Assembly (NCBI RefSeq): GCF_000250635.1
Contig: NC_016940.1
Span: forward strand, 1,288,995 to 1,352,994
DNA length: 64,000 nt
Source of the DNA: Saprospira grandis str. Lewin
Lineage (GTDB): Bacteria; Bacteroidota; Bacteroidia; Chitinophagales; Saprospiraceae
Direction of reading: 5' to 3'
The notes beneath the pieces were generated by a model that ran no database searches, was not told the DNA's origin, and saw only the letters and a list, made by a program, of their open reading frames with translations. Below, piece after piece: positions 1 through 9,461 of the stretch; the stretch's first letter is position 1, and each line of letters starts with the position of its first letter. Position numbers and translations under genes: made by a program.

Positions 1-437
1 TCCAAGGTTTTTAGAAAAGCATTAAAGGCCGCCTGAGAAAGCATATGCACCTCATCAATAATATAGATTTTGTAGCGGCCCTTTTGAGGAGCAAAACGCA
101 CTTGTTCAATCAAAGAGCGAATATGCTCTACCGAGTTATTGGAGGCGGCATCTAGCTCATGAATATTGAGCGAAGCATTTTCTCTAAAGGCCGTGCAAGA
201 AGGGCATTTATCGCAGGGCTCGGTATCTGAGGTGGGGTTTTCACAATTGAGTAATTTGGCCAAGATACGGGCGCAGGTCGTTTTACCCACCCCTCTAGGG
301 CCACAAAACAAAAAAGCTTGGGCCAAATGCTCTGAGCGGATGGCATTTTTGAGGGTATTAGAAACATGTTGTTGGCCCACCACCGAATCAAAGCGGATGG
401 GACGATATTTGCGGGCGGAAACGACGAAATTACTCAT
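1..437 (-). CDS. dnaX: DNA polymerase III subunit gamma/tau, N-terminal part (gene continues beyond window start)
   Basis: Reverse translation from the ATG at 435-437 gives MSNFVVSARKYRPIRFDSVVGQQHV...FLFCGPRGVGKTTCARILAKLLNC...CDKCPSC. This is the clamp-loader Walker A motif plus the Zn-binding Cys cluster. It is absent from the ORF track because there is no in-window stop. Confidence 0.8.
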   Translation of the reverse strand, partial: MSNFVVSARKYRPIRFDSVVGQQHVSNTLKNAIRSEHLAQAFLFCGPRGVGKTTCARILAKLLNCENPTSDTEPCDKCPSCTAFRENASLNIHELDAASNNSVEHIRSLIEQVRFAPQKGRYKIYIIDEVHMLSQAAFNAFLKTL

Positions 438-528
438 AATAATTTAACTTGTAGGGCAAAGATAGGCTTTCTAAAGGAACTTAGCGGCCCTTCTGAATAA
501 GAAGAGGGCAAAAACTTCTGCGGTCCCT

Positions 529-666
529 TGGCCTAGCGCTGTGCAGGGGTGGCCCGCAGGGCCAGACCAAGCAAAATGAGCGCAGCGAAATTTTGTGAAG
601 GGCCGAGCAGACTTGCGAGCCCCGAAACATAGCGCCCGCAGCCTGCTGCGGGAGGCCCCAAAAAAT
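529..666 (-). repeat. GC-rich interspersed repeat, copy 1 (reverse orientation, ends GGAGGCCCCAAAAAA)
   Basis: The sequence ttggcctagcgctgtgcaggggtggcc...gggccgagcagacttgcgagcccc...gaggccccaaaaaa matches the other copies, for example 47084..47199 and 39513..39634. Confidence 0.85.
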
Positions 667-685
667 AAAACAAATCCCCTTAAAT

Positions 686-1204
686 ATGCGTATATTTAAA
701 GTTATTATTTCATTCTTTTTTTTGCTGAGTTGTTCTCCTCCCCCAGAAGTTGTGGCTGATCAGCCTGCGCCAGAGCCTGTAGAAAAAGAGGAGGTTGCTG
801 CTCCGCCTGTAGCCGAGCCCAAGCCAGTAGTGGCCATAGACAGCAGTGGGCCCAAGCGGGCCAAAAAGCCCAGTTTGCGGCCAGCTTTTCCTCAATTTGA
901 TAGTTTGGCCCATGATTTTGGGGAGGTTATTCAAGATTCAGTGCTTCGGCATCGCTTTCATTTTGAGAATACTGGAGAGCGGCCTTTAGAGATAGAATCG
1001 GTGCAGGGAAGTTGTGGTTGTATACAGGGCAGCCAGCCATTTTTGCCCATTGGGCCGGGAGAAAAAAGTTATATTGATGTCCGTTTTGATAGTCGGGGAC
1101 GGCAGGGGGCTGAATACAAATACCTTTTGGTGAATTGGAAGGGCAATGAGGAGCCATTGAAGCTGGAAGTCCGGGCAAAAGTCTTGTTAAAAGAGAAAAA
1201 ATAG
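686..1204 (+). CDS. DUF1573-domain lipoprotein
   Basis: Signal peptide with LLSC lipobox. The DUF1573 signature is HDFGEV...FENTGERPLEIESVQGSCGC...GEKSYIDVRFDS. Confidence 0.8.
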   Translation: MRIFKVIISFFFLLSCSPPPEVVADQPAPEPVEKEEVAAPPVAEPKPVVAIDSSGPKRAKKPSLRPAFPQFDSLAHDFGEVIQDSVLRHRFHFENTGERPLEIESVQGSCGCIQGSQPFLPIGPGEKSYIDVRFDSRGRQGAEYKYLLVNWKGNEEPLKLEVRAKVLLKEKK

Positions 1205-1241
1205 TGGTATATTCGAGAAGATAACCAAAAAACTATTTTCG

Positions 1242-1955
1242 ATGAAAAACTTTATCTTTTTGGCCTTTTTAGGGGCCTTACTTTTGGGGCAAACAGCCTG
1301 TAAACGCAGTGTAGAAGGCGAGACACAGAGCTGGGAGGCCAACAAGGGAAATGTACAGAAGCTATCGGCCAAGTACAGTAACTTTAAGCCTGCTTTTGAG
1401 GAAATCTTGAAAAAAGCGGAGGCTAAAATGACCGAAGCGCAGGCGATGACTGATGAGAAGGCCAAGATTTCGGCCATGGCGGAGGCCAACTCGATTATTC
1501 GGCCCAAATTTGTGCGGGGCTTAGAGGGCATGGACCGCAAGATTTCTACTTTGGAAGACCTGATGGCCAAGGCTAGTCAGCAATCTAAGGACCATAGCGA
1601 CCGAGATGCTGCTTGGGCGGCTAAAAGCAGTGGCGAGCGGGCTATTCGGGAGGCTCGCGAGCTTATTCGCAGCGCCAAAGTGAGCTCGGCAGCAGTAGCC
1701 GATGGCATTGTTAATGATGCCGAGCGGCAGTTGAGTTCGGCCCAAAAGCGCTTACAAGAAGTGGTCAAAACGGCCCAGAAAAAAGCCGATGAAAAAGAAA
1801 AAGCAAAGGCCGATCAGAAAGCAGAAGAAACGGCTAAGCAAGAAGTCGAAGAGAAAAAAGCTTCGCCCATCAAATGTGGGTACTGCGGTACAATGAACAA
1901 GCCTGGCAGCTTAAAATGTAGCTCTTGTGCTGCTCCCTTAGAGGCCAATAAATAG
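1242..1955 (+). CDS. hypothetical coiled-coil lipoprotein with C-terminal zinc-ribbon (CGYCG...CSSC)
   Basis: Signal peptide with lipobox (LGQTAC). The middle is long, charged and helical. The C-terminus carries a CxxC...CxxC motif. Confidence 0.6.
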   Translation: MKNFIFLAFLGALLLGQTACKRSVEGETQSWEANKGNVQKLSAKYSNFKPAFEEILKKAEAKMTEAQAMTDEKAKISAMAEANSIIRPKFVRGLEGMDRKISTLEDLMAKASQQSKDHSDRDAAWAAKSSGERAIREARELIRSAKVSSAAVADGIVNDAERQLSSAQKRLQEVVKTAQKKADEKEKAKADQKAEETAKQEVEEKKASPIKCGYCGTMNKPGSLKCSSCAAPLEANK

Positions 1956-1971
1956 GTGGAACGAAGGGCAT

Positions 1972-2010
1972 AAAAAAGCCGCAAAGGAGAAATTCCTTTG
2001 CGGCTTTGCT
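1972..2010. terminator. bidirectional rho-independent terminator
   Basis: Hairpin agccgcaaagg-agaaatt-cctttgcggct flanked by A and T runs. It lies between convergent genes 1242..1955 (+) and 2013..2543 (-). Confidence 0.6.
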
Positions 2011-2012
2011 GT

Positions 2013-2543
2013 TTATTGGCCAAAAATCTGCGCCCAATAATAGCCCCATTCGCTATCTTCATCGGCAACAAAACCTGCGCCCATAAAGCGGGCATCGGGG
2101 TCCAGCATATTTTTAAGATGGCCAGGACTGTTATACCAGAGCTCAAAAACGGCGGCGGCGGTGGCGGTGCCCACCGCAATATTTTCAGACATAGGAAAGA
2201 GCTCCCTTTGGCAAAAGGGCTTAATTTTTTCAAAGGTATCGGCCACTTTTTTTAGTTTTCGGCCTTTGCGGTCATAGAGCCCATGTTCAAAATATCCGTC
2301 TATTATCATATCTTTGGCATGATATCTTGCTGCCCAACTGAGTTCCTTAGACCAGCTGAGGGCTGCCAGCCCCCTAGTTTGTCGAAGTTCATTAACGAGT
2401 TCTAGCAACTTTTGCTCCTCACTCTTATTAGAAGATGCGATGCGCTCATTGCCCTGCGGCAAGCCCTTAAAACTCTGCGCCTCTAGGCGAAGGGCCGCCA
2501 TAGAGAGCAAAGTCAATAGGATAAAGAAGATTTGAAATTGCAT
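2013..2543 (-). CDS. CAP/SCP/PR1-like domain secreted protein
   Basis: Signal peptide. CAP-domain motifs are LVNELRQTRGL..L.W...L..AARYHAKDM, GHLKNML and GYYWAQIFG. Confidence 0.75.
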   Translation of the reverse strand: MQFQIFFILLTLLSMAALRLEAQSFKGLPQGNERIASSNKSEEQKLLELVNELRQTRGLAALSWSKELSWAARYHAKDMIIDGYFEHGLYDRKGRKLKKVADTFEKIKPFCQRELFPMSENIAVGTATAAAVFELWYNSPGHLKNMLDPDARFMGAGFVADEDSEWGYYWAQIFGQ

Positions 2544-2568
2544 TGCGCTAAAAGTTAAAATTGAAATA

Positions 2569-4038
2569 ATGAAACAGCTATTTTGTCTGCTCGTTTTTTT
2601 GGGAGCCAGTCTTTTTGCTGAAAGTTGGGCCCAGACAAACTCTTGTCAAACGGTAGAACTCTATCTTTATGCCAAAGATAACAGCGGCTTGATTGCAGAT
2701 GCAAATATTCGCTTTTGGCGGCCTGCCGATAGCCTGAGCTACCGCCTAAAAACCGATTCTCTGGGCCGTTGTCGGGCTTGTTTGCCCTTGGCCCAAAAGG
2801 AGTATCAGGTCCAAATTCAACACAAAATTTTTTCTAGCCAAACTTTTTCGCTCCAACTCGATGGTAGCGATAGTACGATCTATAAAAAAGTAGGCCTAGA
2901 CCGTCTGCCTGGCTATTTGCTCGAGCTTAGTATTACCGAGTTTTTGCAAGGCCAAGGCGATAGCCTAGCCGCTGGCGAATATAGCCTAGAGGGCGTTACG
3001 ATCGAAATCTATAATAAAACGCAGTATAAGCAGGAGCTTCGCCTAGTGGAACATCCCCATCATGAAATTTCTTTTTTGATGGAGCAGGGCAATGAGTACA
3101 TTTTTATGCTCCGCAAACAGGGCTATTATAGCAAGCGAATGCGGGCCAATGTGAATGTTAATGATTGCATTTTGTGCATGGAGGGCTTTGGAGAGCTTAC
3201 GCCTGGGGTGGCCGAATCGCTCACGCAGGACAACAGCATGGGCACTTTGGTCAGCAATGTGAATTTGAGGCCCTTGGCTGTGGGCGAAAAAATGAAGTTG
3301 GACAATATTTACTATGATTATGGGAGCTCGCAAATTCGGCCCGAAAGCTATGCCACCCTCGACCAATTGGCCGAGATGATGCGCGACAACCCCAATGTCT
3401 ATATGGAACTTTCGGCCCATACCGATTGCCGAGGGAGCAAGGCCTTCAATTTGGAGCTTTCGCAGAATCGGGCCAATAATGTGGTCCAATATATTCAAGA
3501 ACGCCTCCCCAATGGGGCCGATCGGGTTAAGGCGCAGGGCTATGGCGAGTCTAAACCCCTCAACTCTTGTGTCGATGGCATTAGCTGTAGCGAGGAGTTG
3601 CACCAACAAAATAGACGAACCGAGCTGTTGGTCCTCGATGTGGTCGATGATGAGGATTATATCAACCGCCCGCTGGCCTCGATCATGCAAGAAGAGCTAG
3701 AGTCCGAGATTTTGGCCGCCAATAATAGCTCCTACTTTAAAGAAAAGGACCCCAGCCAGCAAAAAGCGCAACAAAAGCCCACGATTCCCGGCCCAATTCC
3801 CCCCAATTATAGCGGCTACAAAATTGAGCTGAGTCGCAGCCAAGAGAGTCCGGCCCTAGACCACCCTATTTTTATGGCCTTTTCAACTGTTTTTCTCGAC
3901 ATTGACGAGCAGGGATTTATCAGTTTTATGGTGGGCGACTACTCTTCTGAGGAGGAGGTCAATAAGGCCCTAGATAAGTTTCGTTCACGTTTTTCTAAGG
4001 CCAAGGCAGTTTATTATAAACTGGGAATTCGACAATAA
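2569..4038 (+). CDS. OmpA family protein with C-terminal SPOR-like domain
   Basis: Signal peptide. The OmpA_C motif is NIYYDYGSSQIRPESYATLDQLAEMMRDNP...LSAHTDCRGSKAFNLELSQNRANNVVQYI...NRRTELLV. The C-terminus (YKIELSRSQE...FMVGDYSSEEEVNKAL) is SPOR-like. Confidence 0.85.
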   Translation: MKQLFCLLVFLGASLFAESWAQTNSCQTVELYLYAKDNSGLIADANIRFWRPADSLSYRLKTDSLGRCRACLPLAQKEYQVQIQHKIFSSQTFSLQLDGSDSTIYKKVGLDRLPGYLLELSITEFLQGQGDSLAAGEYSLEGVTIEIYNKTQYKQELRLVEHPHHEISFLMEQGNEYIFMLRKQGYYSKRMRANVNVNDCILCMEGFGELTPGVAESLTQDNSMGTLVSNVNLRPLAVGEKMKLDNIYYDYGSSQIRPESYATLDQLAEMMRDNPNVYMELSAHTDCRGSKAFNLELSQNRANNVVQYIQERLPNGADRVKAQGYGESKPLNSCVDGISCSEELHQQNRRTELLVLDVVDDEDYINRPLASIMQEELESEILAANNSSYFKEKDPSQQKAQQKPTIPGPIPPNYSGYKIELSRSQESPALDHPIFMAFSTVFLDIDEQGFISFMVGDYSSEEEVNKALDKFRSRFSKAKAVYYKLGIRQ

Positions 4039-4179
4039 TTTTTGGGGGCTGCCCCTGCGGCCTTCGGCCTTGGGTCGGGCCATTGCGCAGCTCGCAGGTC
4101 TGCTCGGCCCTGCGCAAAATTTCGCTGCGCTCATTTTGCTGGGTCTGCGGCTTCGCCGCCCTGCTACAGCCCCTCAGCC
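4038..4179 (+). repeat. GC-rich interspersed repeat, copy 2 (forward: TTTTGGGGGCTGCCCC...CCCCTCAGCC)
   Basis: Starts right after the ompA-like stop codon. Contains gggtcgggccattgcgcagctcgcaggtctgctcggccctgcg. Confidence 0.9.
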
Positions 4180-4346
4180 AGATTTAATTGCGCTGCTTTG
4201 GCTATAGTTTGCTATGAATTTTTGGCTAGACCAGCTATTTTTTAAGGGCATAGCCTTCGCTATGGCCGAGAAAAATAGGGCCGACTAGCGGAAAATTGCT
4301 GCAAACTATAAAAGTGAGTGCATTTAAATTTGGCTATAGCCTGCGG
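4180..4346 (+). repeat. AT-rich 167-bp 'B' element, copy 1 (second repeat family, abuts GC-rich repeat)
   Basis: About 99% identical to 7797..7964. Contains the hairpin gcatagcc-ttcg-ctatggc. Confidence 0.85.
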
Positions 4347-4482
4347 CGGCTCCGCCGCCTGTCCACCGCCATTGGACCAAAAAAGCCGAGCCTGCACTAG
4401 GCAGACTCGACTTCACTTAATAACCCTAAAACCTTAACCTTTGGCTTAAATTGAATTAAGCCTCTGGAAAACCAAAAAACTC

Positions 4483-4929
4483 TTACTGAACCTGAATACT
4501 GATTTTCTCTTTTTTAGGCTCCTGCTTTTTGGGAACCTCTAGTTGGAGAATGCCATTTTCATAGCTAGCAGTAATACTTTCTAAGTCGTATTTATTAGAT
4601 AAACGGAGCTTGCGCTCAAAGGTTGTAAAGGCAAACTCTCTTCGTCTAACTTTAACATTTTCAGTCAGTTCCTTAACATTTCTCTTAGCTGAGATATGCA
4701 GAAGGTCCTTCTCTAGCTCCAATTTAAAATCTTCTTTTTGGAAGCCCGGAGCCGCTAGTTCTAGCAAAAGGCCAGCTTCTGTCTCAAAGACATTGAGCAT
4801 AGGTTGCTGATGGGCTTGGTCTTGACCAAAAAACTGTTGTAGGGGTTCTTGCTTGAGCAGTTGCTCTAGCTCTTTACCAAATTCATTGAAAGGGAAACCA
4901 AAGAAGTGATTTGCTTTTGCGTTTTTCAT
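4483..4929 (-). CDS. Hsp20/alpha-crystallin family small heat-shock protein
   Basis: The alpha-crystallin domain shows as NVFETEAGLLLELAAPGFQKEDFKLELEKDLLHISAKR...FERKLRL...ENGILQLEVPK. Confidence 0.85.
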   Translation of the reverse strand: MKNAKANHFFGFPFNEFGKELEQLLKQEPLQQFFGQDQAHQQPMLNVFETEAGLLLELAAPGFQKEDFKLELEKDLLHISAKRNVKELTENVKVRRREFAFTTFERKLRLSNKYDLESITASYENGILQLEVPKKQEPKKEKISIQVQ

Positions 4930-5138
4930 AACTCTATTATTTTTCTTACTCTTTTACTATTTAAGCTGGCCTTGGGCCAGTATGTCTATCGAAGCTTCAT
5001 CCTCCATTAGACAAGTTTGGGACCAAGGGCCAAAAGAAGAAAAACAACTGCCAAAATGGCAAAAACACAAGAAAAAGGCTGCCAAAATGGCAAAAAAGAT
5101 AGTTTTGAGCTGTCATTTTGGTCCAATTGCGGTTTTGC

Positions 5139-5280
5139 AGGGCGCGCAGCGCCCGCAGGCCTAGCGATGCGGAGGGGGGCGGCGAAGCCGCAGACCGAGC
5201 CAGCTTGCTGGCGAAGGGCCGAGCAGACCTGCGAGCCCCAAAGCGTAGCGCCTGCCGTAGGCAGGAGGCCCCAAAAAAAA
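5139..5280 (-). repeat. GC-rich interspersed repeat, copy 3
   Basis: The sequence ggcctagcgatgcggagggg...ggcgaagccgcagacc...gggccgagcagacctgcgagcccc...ggaggccccaaaaaaaa lies just 3' of the minus-strand protease gene. Confidence 0.85.
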
Positions 5281-5310
5281 TCCCCTCTCTAAACGAAAGG
5301 GGATCTAGTT

Positions 5311-7443
5311 TTACTTTTTCAGTTTCATATAATCTTTAAGGATAAAGGCGACCTCTTCGAGGTAAGCGTCTTTTTCTAAGCCAGCATGCCATTTCTCAAA
5401 GCTTTTGGCCTTCACGCTATCGAGAGCGATTTGCTCCTTATCGGCCTTGAGGTTATAGATAGAAAAGTCCTCAATTTTGGGCATCATATCCTTATACTGC
5501 TCGGCCTCCTTATCGGTTTTGGCCTGATGGGCCTCATAATCTTCTAGCTGAAGCGGATAAACGGTTTCGCCCTGTTGTTTTTCCAGCCATTTTCCGTGCT
5601 CTTCTAGCAACTGAAAAGTTTTGCTTTTTGCTTGGCGTTTTGCGCTTTTGCTTTGCAATTTGGGCAAGGCCTTCATTTTCTTTTTATGATAATTGGCCGG
5701 ATCAATTTCGGACCAAGCCATGGGATAATCCTCATCTTTTTCGCCTACTTTGAGGTAGCTATAGCTACCGGGCAGCACGATATCGGGTTCTACCCCTTTG
5801 AGTTGGGTAGAGCCGCCATTGATGCGATAGAACTTTTGGATTGTAATTTTGAGGCTACCGAGTGCGCCCAAATCTTTGTAGCGAGGCGGCACCACCGCAT
5901 CTAGATCCATAAAGCGCTGCACAGTTCCCTTACCAAAAGTAGAGGGGCTCGTGCCGACAATAATGGCGCGGCCATAGTCCTGCAAAGCGGCCGCCATAAT
6001 CTCAGAAGCCGAGGCAGAATAGGCATTTACGAGAATAATGAGGGGGCCATTATAGAGGGCGCCGGCCTCTTTATCTTCTAGCACATAGGGGCGATTATCG
6101 CGGCTTTTGACCTGTACCACGGGGCCGCGGTCAATAAATAGGCCGGTCATTTTGACCACATCAGAGAGCGAGCCACCGCCATTAAAGCGGAGGTCGATCA
6201 CGATACCATCAATATTTTCTTGGAGTAATTTGCGGACCTCCGCTTCCACATCAGTAGCACAGCGGCGGCCGTTGGGGTCTTGAAAATCGGCATAAAAGCT
6301 ACGCAGATCAATAAGGCCCATTTTCACGCCGGCCTTTTTGTGTTCTACGATAGCCGATTTGGCGTAACTTTCTTCTAGGACCACCACATCGCGGATGATT
6401 GGAATCACCTTAGTTTCGCCACTTGTTTTCTTGACTGTTAGGCGCACCTCGGTGCCTTTTTTGCCGCGGATCATGGGCAAAACGTCATCAATGCGCATAT
6501 CGACTACATTGACGGCCTCTTCATTGCCTTGGGCCACCTTAATAATTTTGTCATTCACCTCTAGCTCGCCTTGTTTCCAAGAGGCTGAGCCGGGCACAAT
6601 ATTCACCACCTTAATGTAGCCATCTTCTTGGCGAAGCTGGGCACCGATTCCCTCTAATTTGCCCGACATACGGATATTAAAGTTCTCTTTTTCGAGTGGG
6701 GGAAAATAGCCAGAGTGTGGTTCGTGGGCATTGGCAAAGGCATTGACATAATTGGCAATACGGTCGTCACGGCTATCTTTCTTGATATTTTCTGACCATT
6801 CTCGGTAGCTTTTGAGCAGCTTTTCGCGCTCCTCTTTTTCTATTTCCTCAAAGGTTTTGATGCTATCGACTTCCTCGCCTTTTTCTTGGGCTTTTTCTTG
6901 TCGCTCGAGGCGGTCATGCACACGGCCAAGAACCTGTAATTTGAGGTAATCGTACCAGCGGGCTTTTAGTTCTTCGGGATCCTTGAGGAACTCTAATTTT
7001 TCGCCATCCATTTGAAACTCGCCTTTTTGGGCAAAGCGAAAGGGTTTGGCCAAAATGTCTTCATAATAGCCTTCTACCTGCTTAATTCTTTCGTCAAAGG
7101 TATTATTGACCAGATTAAAAAAGCTAAAATCGCCAGCTTGGGCGGCATCATCGAGTTTAAATTTAAAGTCTTCAAACTTTTTGACATCATCGGCCAAGAA
7201 AAAGCGCTTATTGAGGTCCATCCGCTTGAGGTAAAGGGTATAGACCTTTTCAGAAAACTCATCATTGATGGCTTCTGGTGCATAATGGTTGTAGCGCATA
7301 CTTTGGAGCACCACTTCGAGCAGCAATTCTTCTCGGTTAGAGAGGTCGCCACTAATTTGGGGTTGATTATCTTGCCCTTGCTGCCAGCGGAAGGCAATAA
7401 GTAGGCTACAAGCGGCAGTAATTAAGAGGAGTTTACGGATCAT
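5311..7443 (-). CDS. S41 family carboxy-terminal processing (tail-specific) protease
   Basis: Signal peptide and PDZ-like region. The S41 catalytic region is IDLRFNGGGSLSDVV...LIILVNAYSASASEIMAAALQDYGRAIIVGTSPSTFGKGTVQ. Confidence 0.85.
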   Translation of the reverse strand: MIRKLLLITAACSLLIAFRWQQGQDNQPQISGDLSNREELLLEVVLQSMRYNHYAPEAINDEFSEKVYTLYLKRMDLNKRFFLADDVKKFEDFKFKLDDAAQAGDFSFFNLVNNTFDERIKQVEGYYEDILAKPFRFAQKGEFQMDGEKLEFLKDPEELKARWYDYLKLQVLGRVHDRLERQEKAQEKGEEVDSIKTFEEIEKEEREKLLKSYREWSENIKKDSRDDRIANYVNAFANAHEPHSGYFPPLEKENFNIRMSGKLEGIGAQLRQEDGYIKVVNIVPGSASWKQGELEVNDKIIKVAQGNEEAVNVVDMRIDDVLPMIRGKKGTEVRLTVKKTSGETKVIPIIRDVVVLEESYAKSAIVEHKKAGVKMGLIDLRSFYADFQDPNGRRCATDVEAEVRKLLQENIDGIVIDLRFNGGGSLSDVVKMTGLFIDRGPVVQVKSRDNRPYVLEDKEAGALYNGPLIILVNAYSASASEIMAAALQDYGRAIIVGTSPSTFGKGTVQRFMDLDAVVPPRYKDLGALGSLKITIQKFYRINGGSTQLKGVEPDIVLPGSYSYLKVGEKDEDYPMAWSEIDPANYHKKKMKALPKLQSKSAKRQAKSKTFQLLEEHGKWLEKQQGETVYPLQLEDYEAHQAKTDKEAEQYKDMMPKIEDFSIYNLKADKEQIALDSVKAKSFEKWHAGLEKDAYLEEVAFILKDYMKLKK

Positions 7444-7662
7444 AACTATAGTTCTGTTGATTAAGCGGAGGGCAAAAAAGAAGATAGCGTATTTTTGTTA
7501 AAATTTGCAGTTTCTAGATTTGATTGGGCCGTAAAATAGGGCCATTCATTTTGCTTTAACAAATTTTAATACGCTAGAACGATATTTTTAGTTGATTTCT
7601 TAGAAAAATTTGGGCCAAATCATTTTTGCCTTAGGCAAAAGCATGTTTATTTCTTTAGGAGT

Positions 7663-7796
7663 TTTTTTGGGGCTGCCCCGCCCTGCGGGCGGGTCGGGCT
7701 ATGTCGCAGCTCGCAGGTCTGCTCGGCCCTGCGCTTTTTTCGCTTCGCTCAAAAAGCTGGGTCTGGCCTTCGGCCACTGCTATCTATCCCTCAGCC
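7663..7796 (+). repeat. GC-rich interspersed repeat, copy 4 (forward)
   Basis: The sequence ttttttggggctgccccgccctgcgggcgggtcgggctatgtcgcagctcgcaggtctgctcggccctgcgc...ccctcagcc matches the family. Confidence 0.9.
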
Positions 7797-7964
7797 AGAT
7801 TTAATTGCGCTGCTTTGGCTATAGTTTGCTATGAATTTTTGGCTAGACCAGCTATTTTTTAAGGGCATAGCCTTCGCTATGGCCGAGAAAAATAGGGCCG
7901 ACTAGTGGAAAATTGCTGCAAACTATAAAAGTGAGTGCATTTAAATTTGGCTATGGCCTGCGGC
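7797..7964 (+). repeat. AT-rich 'B' element, copy 2
   Basis: Near-identical to 4180..4346 and again directly follows a forward GC-rich unit. Together they form a ~320-bp composite direct repeat. Confidence 0.85.
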
Positions 7965-8037
7965 CCTTTGGGCCTGCCAAACGCAAAAGCCCCAATTTGC
8001 TAAAGCAAATTGGGGCTTGGGCCAGGGGGGCTCGGTC

Positions 8038-8655
8038 TTACTGTACGGCTTCATTAAGGACTTGAAGGCGTTGAGACACTTCTTGTCCGGCTTCATTATA
8101 GAGGCGGAAAATATAGTAGCCATCTTCAAAAGTTTTGAGATTGATGGCCTTATAATTATTACCTGGCGTCAGTTGCATTTTATTTTGGGCCACTAATTCT
8201 AGGCTTTGGGCCTCATAAATTTCAAAGTCGAGCTCTTGAGCTTCTTGGGCTTTTACGCCAAAGAGGAAATAGCCTTCTTGCACGGGTTCTGGCGACATAC
8301 TAAGGGTCACGGGCAATTCCTTTTGTTTATTTTCGGCGCCCATCAGGCTAGCGAGCAGCCGTTGGCTAAAGGCGGCATCGCCTGCGCTTCGGTCGGCGGG
8401 AGCTAGGGCCTCGATAGGTTCTTTAAAGAGCTCGGCGGGAATTTGGTCCTCTACTTTGCTAATGGGCAGACTTTCAAATTTTTCTACGACCAATGTCTTT
8501 ACGTCGAGTTTACCTCTTTGGGCAGACTCGGTAATAATCGTTTCGGTTTGGATGGCAGTAGCAGCACTATCTTCTGCATTTTCGCAGTCACATTGGCAGC
8601 CATAGGCCAAAAAAGCCATAGTGGCAGAAAGGTAAATTGCTTTTTTAAACATCAT
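8038..8655 (-). CDS. small lipoprotein with T9SS-type C-terminal sorting domain (paralog family, member 1)
   Basis: Signal peptide (AYGCQCDC). The C-terminal ~75 aa (ELDFEIYEAQSLELVAQN...GNNYKAINLKTFEDGYYIFRLYNEAGQEVSQRLQV) resembles the Por/T9SS CTD. Paralogous to 8753..9295 and 10248..10790. Confidence 0.65.
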   Translation of the reverse strand: MMFKKAIYLSATMAFLAYGCQCDCENAEDSAATAIQTETIITESAQRGKLDVKTLVVEKFESLPISKVEDQIPAELFKEPIEALAPADRSAGDAAFSQRLLASLMGAENKQKELPVTLSMSPEPVQEGYFLFGVKAQEAQELDFEIYEAQSLELVAQNKMQLTPGNNYKAINLKTFEDGYYIFRLYNEAGQEVSQRLQVLNEAVQ

Positions 8656-8679
8656 TTTAATTTTAGGGCCAATAATCGG

Positions 8680-8717
8680 TTAAAAAAAAGAGCGTACTGT
8701 ATGTACAGCCGCTCTTT
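8680..8717 (-). terminator. rho-independent terminator
   Basis: On the minus strand: aagagcg-[15 nt loop]-cgctctt followed by a run of 8 T. It lies just 3' of gene 8753..9295. Confidence 0.55.
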
Positions 8718-8752
8718 TCAAATATTTTGTTTAGGCAAAAACGGCCTAAAAA

Positions 8753-9295
8753 TTAGTCACGTTTGATCACGACTGTATTAGTCATTTCTTTACCAGCCTC
8801 GTCTTTTAGCTTGAAGAAATACTTACCTTCTTCTAGGCTAGTTACATTGAGGGCTTTGTAATTGTGACCTTGGTTGAGGCTAAACTTGTTGTTGGCGGCT
8901 AGTTCGAAACCTTCTTCATCGTACATCTCGAACATAACATCTTTAGCTTCTTCTGCTTTGAGGCCAAAAACGAACATATCGTCTACGGCTTTATCTTCCA
9001 TAGTGAGTTCGATACCAGCAAGTTGGTCTTCTTTTTCGGCAGACATCAAAGAGCTGTGGATATCGTTTACTGCATCTTCGCTTTGCTTAGCGTTTGCTTT
9101 TTTGGCTTCTACAACGAAAACGTCTTCAGCAGTGATCGCTACATCTGCGCCTTGGAACTGAACAGTTTGTACACCACGAGTGCTATTTACGTTCTTGATA
9201 TTTACGGCAGTAGCAGCTTGTTGGCTATCAGAGCCACAAGAGCCCATAGTGAATAGTACGGCGGCAGCGAGGAGGAAGCTTGACAACTTTTTCAT
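8753..9295 (-). CDS. small lipoprotein with T9SS-type C-terminal sorting domain (member 2)
   Basis: Lipobox MGSCGSD. The C-terminus FEMYDEEGFELAANN...GHNYKALNVTSLEEGKYFFKLKDEAGKEMTNTVVIKRD is T9SS-CTD-like. Confidence 0.7.
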   Translation of the reverse strand: MKKLSSFLLAAAVLFTMGSCGSDSQQAATAVNIKNVNSTRGVQTVQFQGADVAITAEDVFVVEAKKANAKQSEDAVNDIHSSLMSAEKEDQLAGIELTMEDKAVDDMFVFGLKAEEAKDVMFEMYDEEGFELAANNKFSLNQGHNYKALNVTSLEEGKYFFKLKDEAGKEMTNTVVIKRD

Positions 9296-9461
9296 AAGAG
9301 GTGGTTTTAATGTGATAGTAAATAATAGGTTTTGGCTTTTAGGGCCAGTTGTTTTGGGGTGTATGGCGGTTAAAACAATGGGGTTTAATCCGCTCTATGT
9401 ATGTTTATGGCAAAAGTACTGACTTTGTTACCTTTAAATCGGTTTTTTTTTCATTTTTTTT

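Noticed and set aside
3043-3690. Long antisense ORFs inside confident genes (215 aa opposite ompA; also 40916..41437 opposite vgrG, 56088..56630 and 57282..57743 opposite the adhesin gene, 62050..62725 opposite ftsH, 35744..36772 and 38792..39409 opposite the baseplate gene)
   Set aside because: The sense-strand proteins have clear family motifs. The antisense frames are low-complexity with no signal or domain, which is typical of shadow ORFs.
4042-4245. Track ORFs lying wholly inside GC-rich repeat copies (67 aa here, and likewise 5017..5339, 7610..7804, 11285..11633, 13957..14226, 16037..16296, 18835..19153, 19469..19795, 25543..25794, 33753..34137, 34917..35108, 39489..39862, 42022..42256, 47040..47254, 48038..48257, 54972..55667, 60502..61131)
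   Set aside because: All are Ala/Gly/Arg/Pro-rich translations of the approximately 70% GC repeat and recur in both orientations. They have no start context and overlap real gene ends. They are artefacts of repeat composition.
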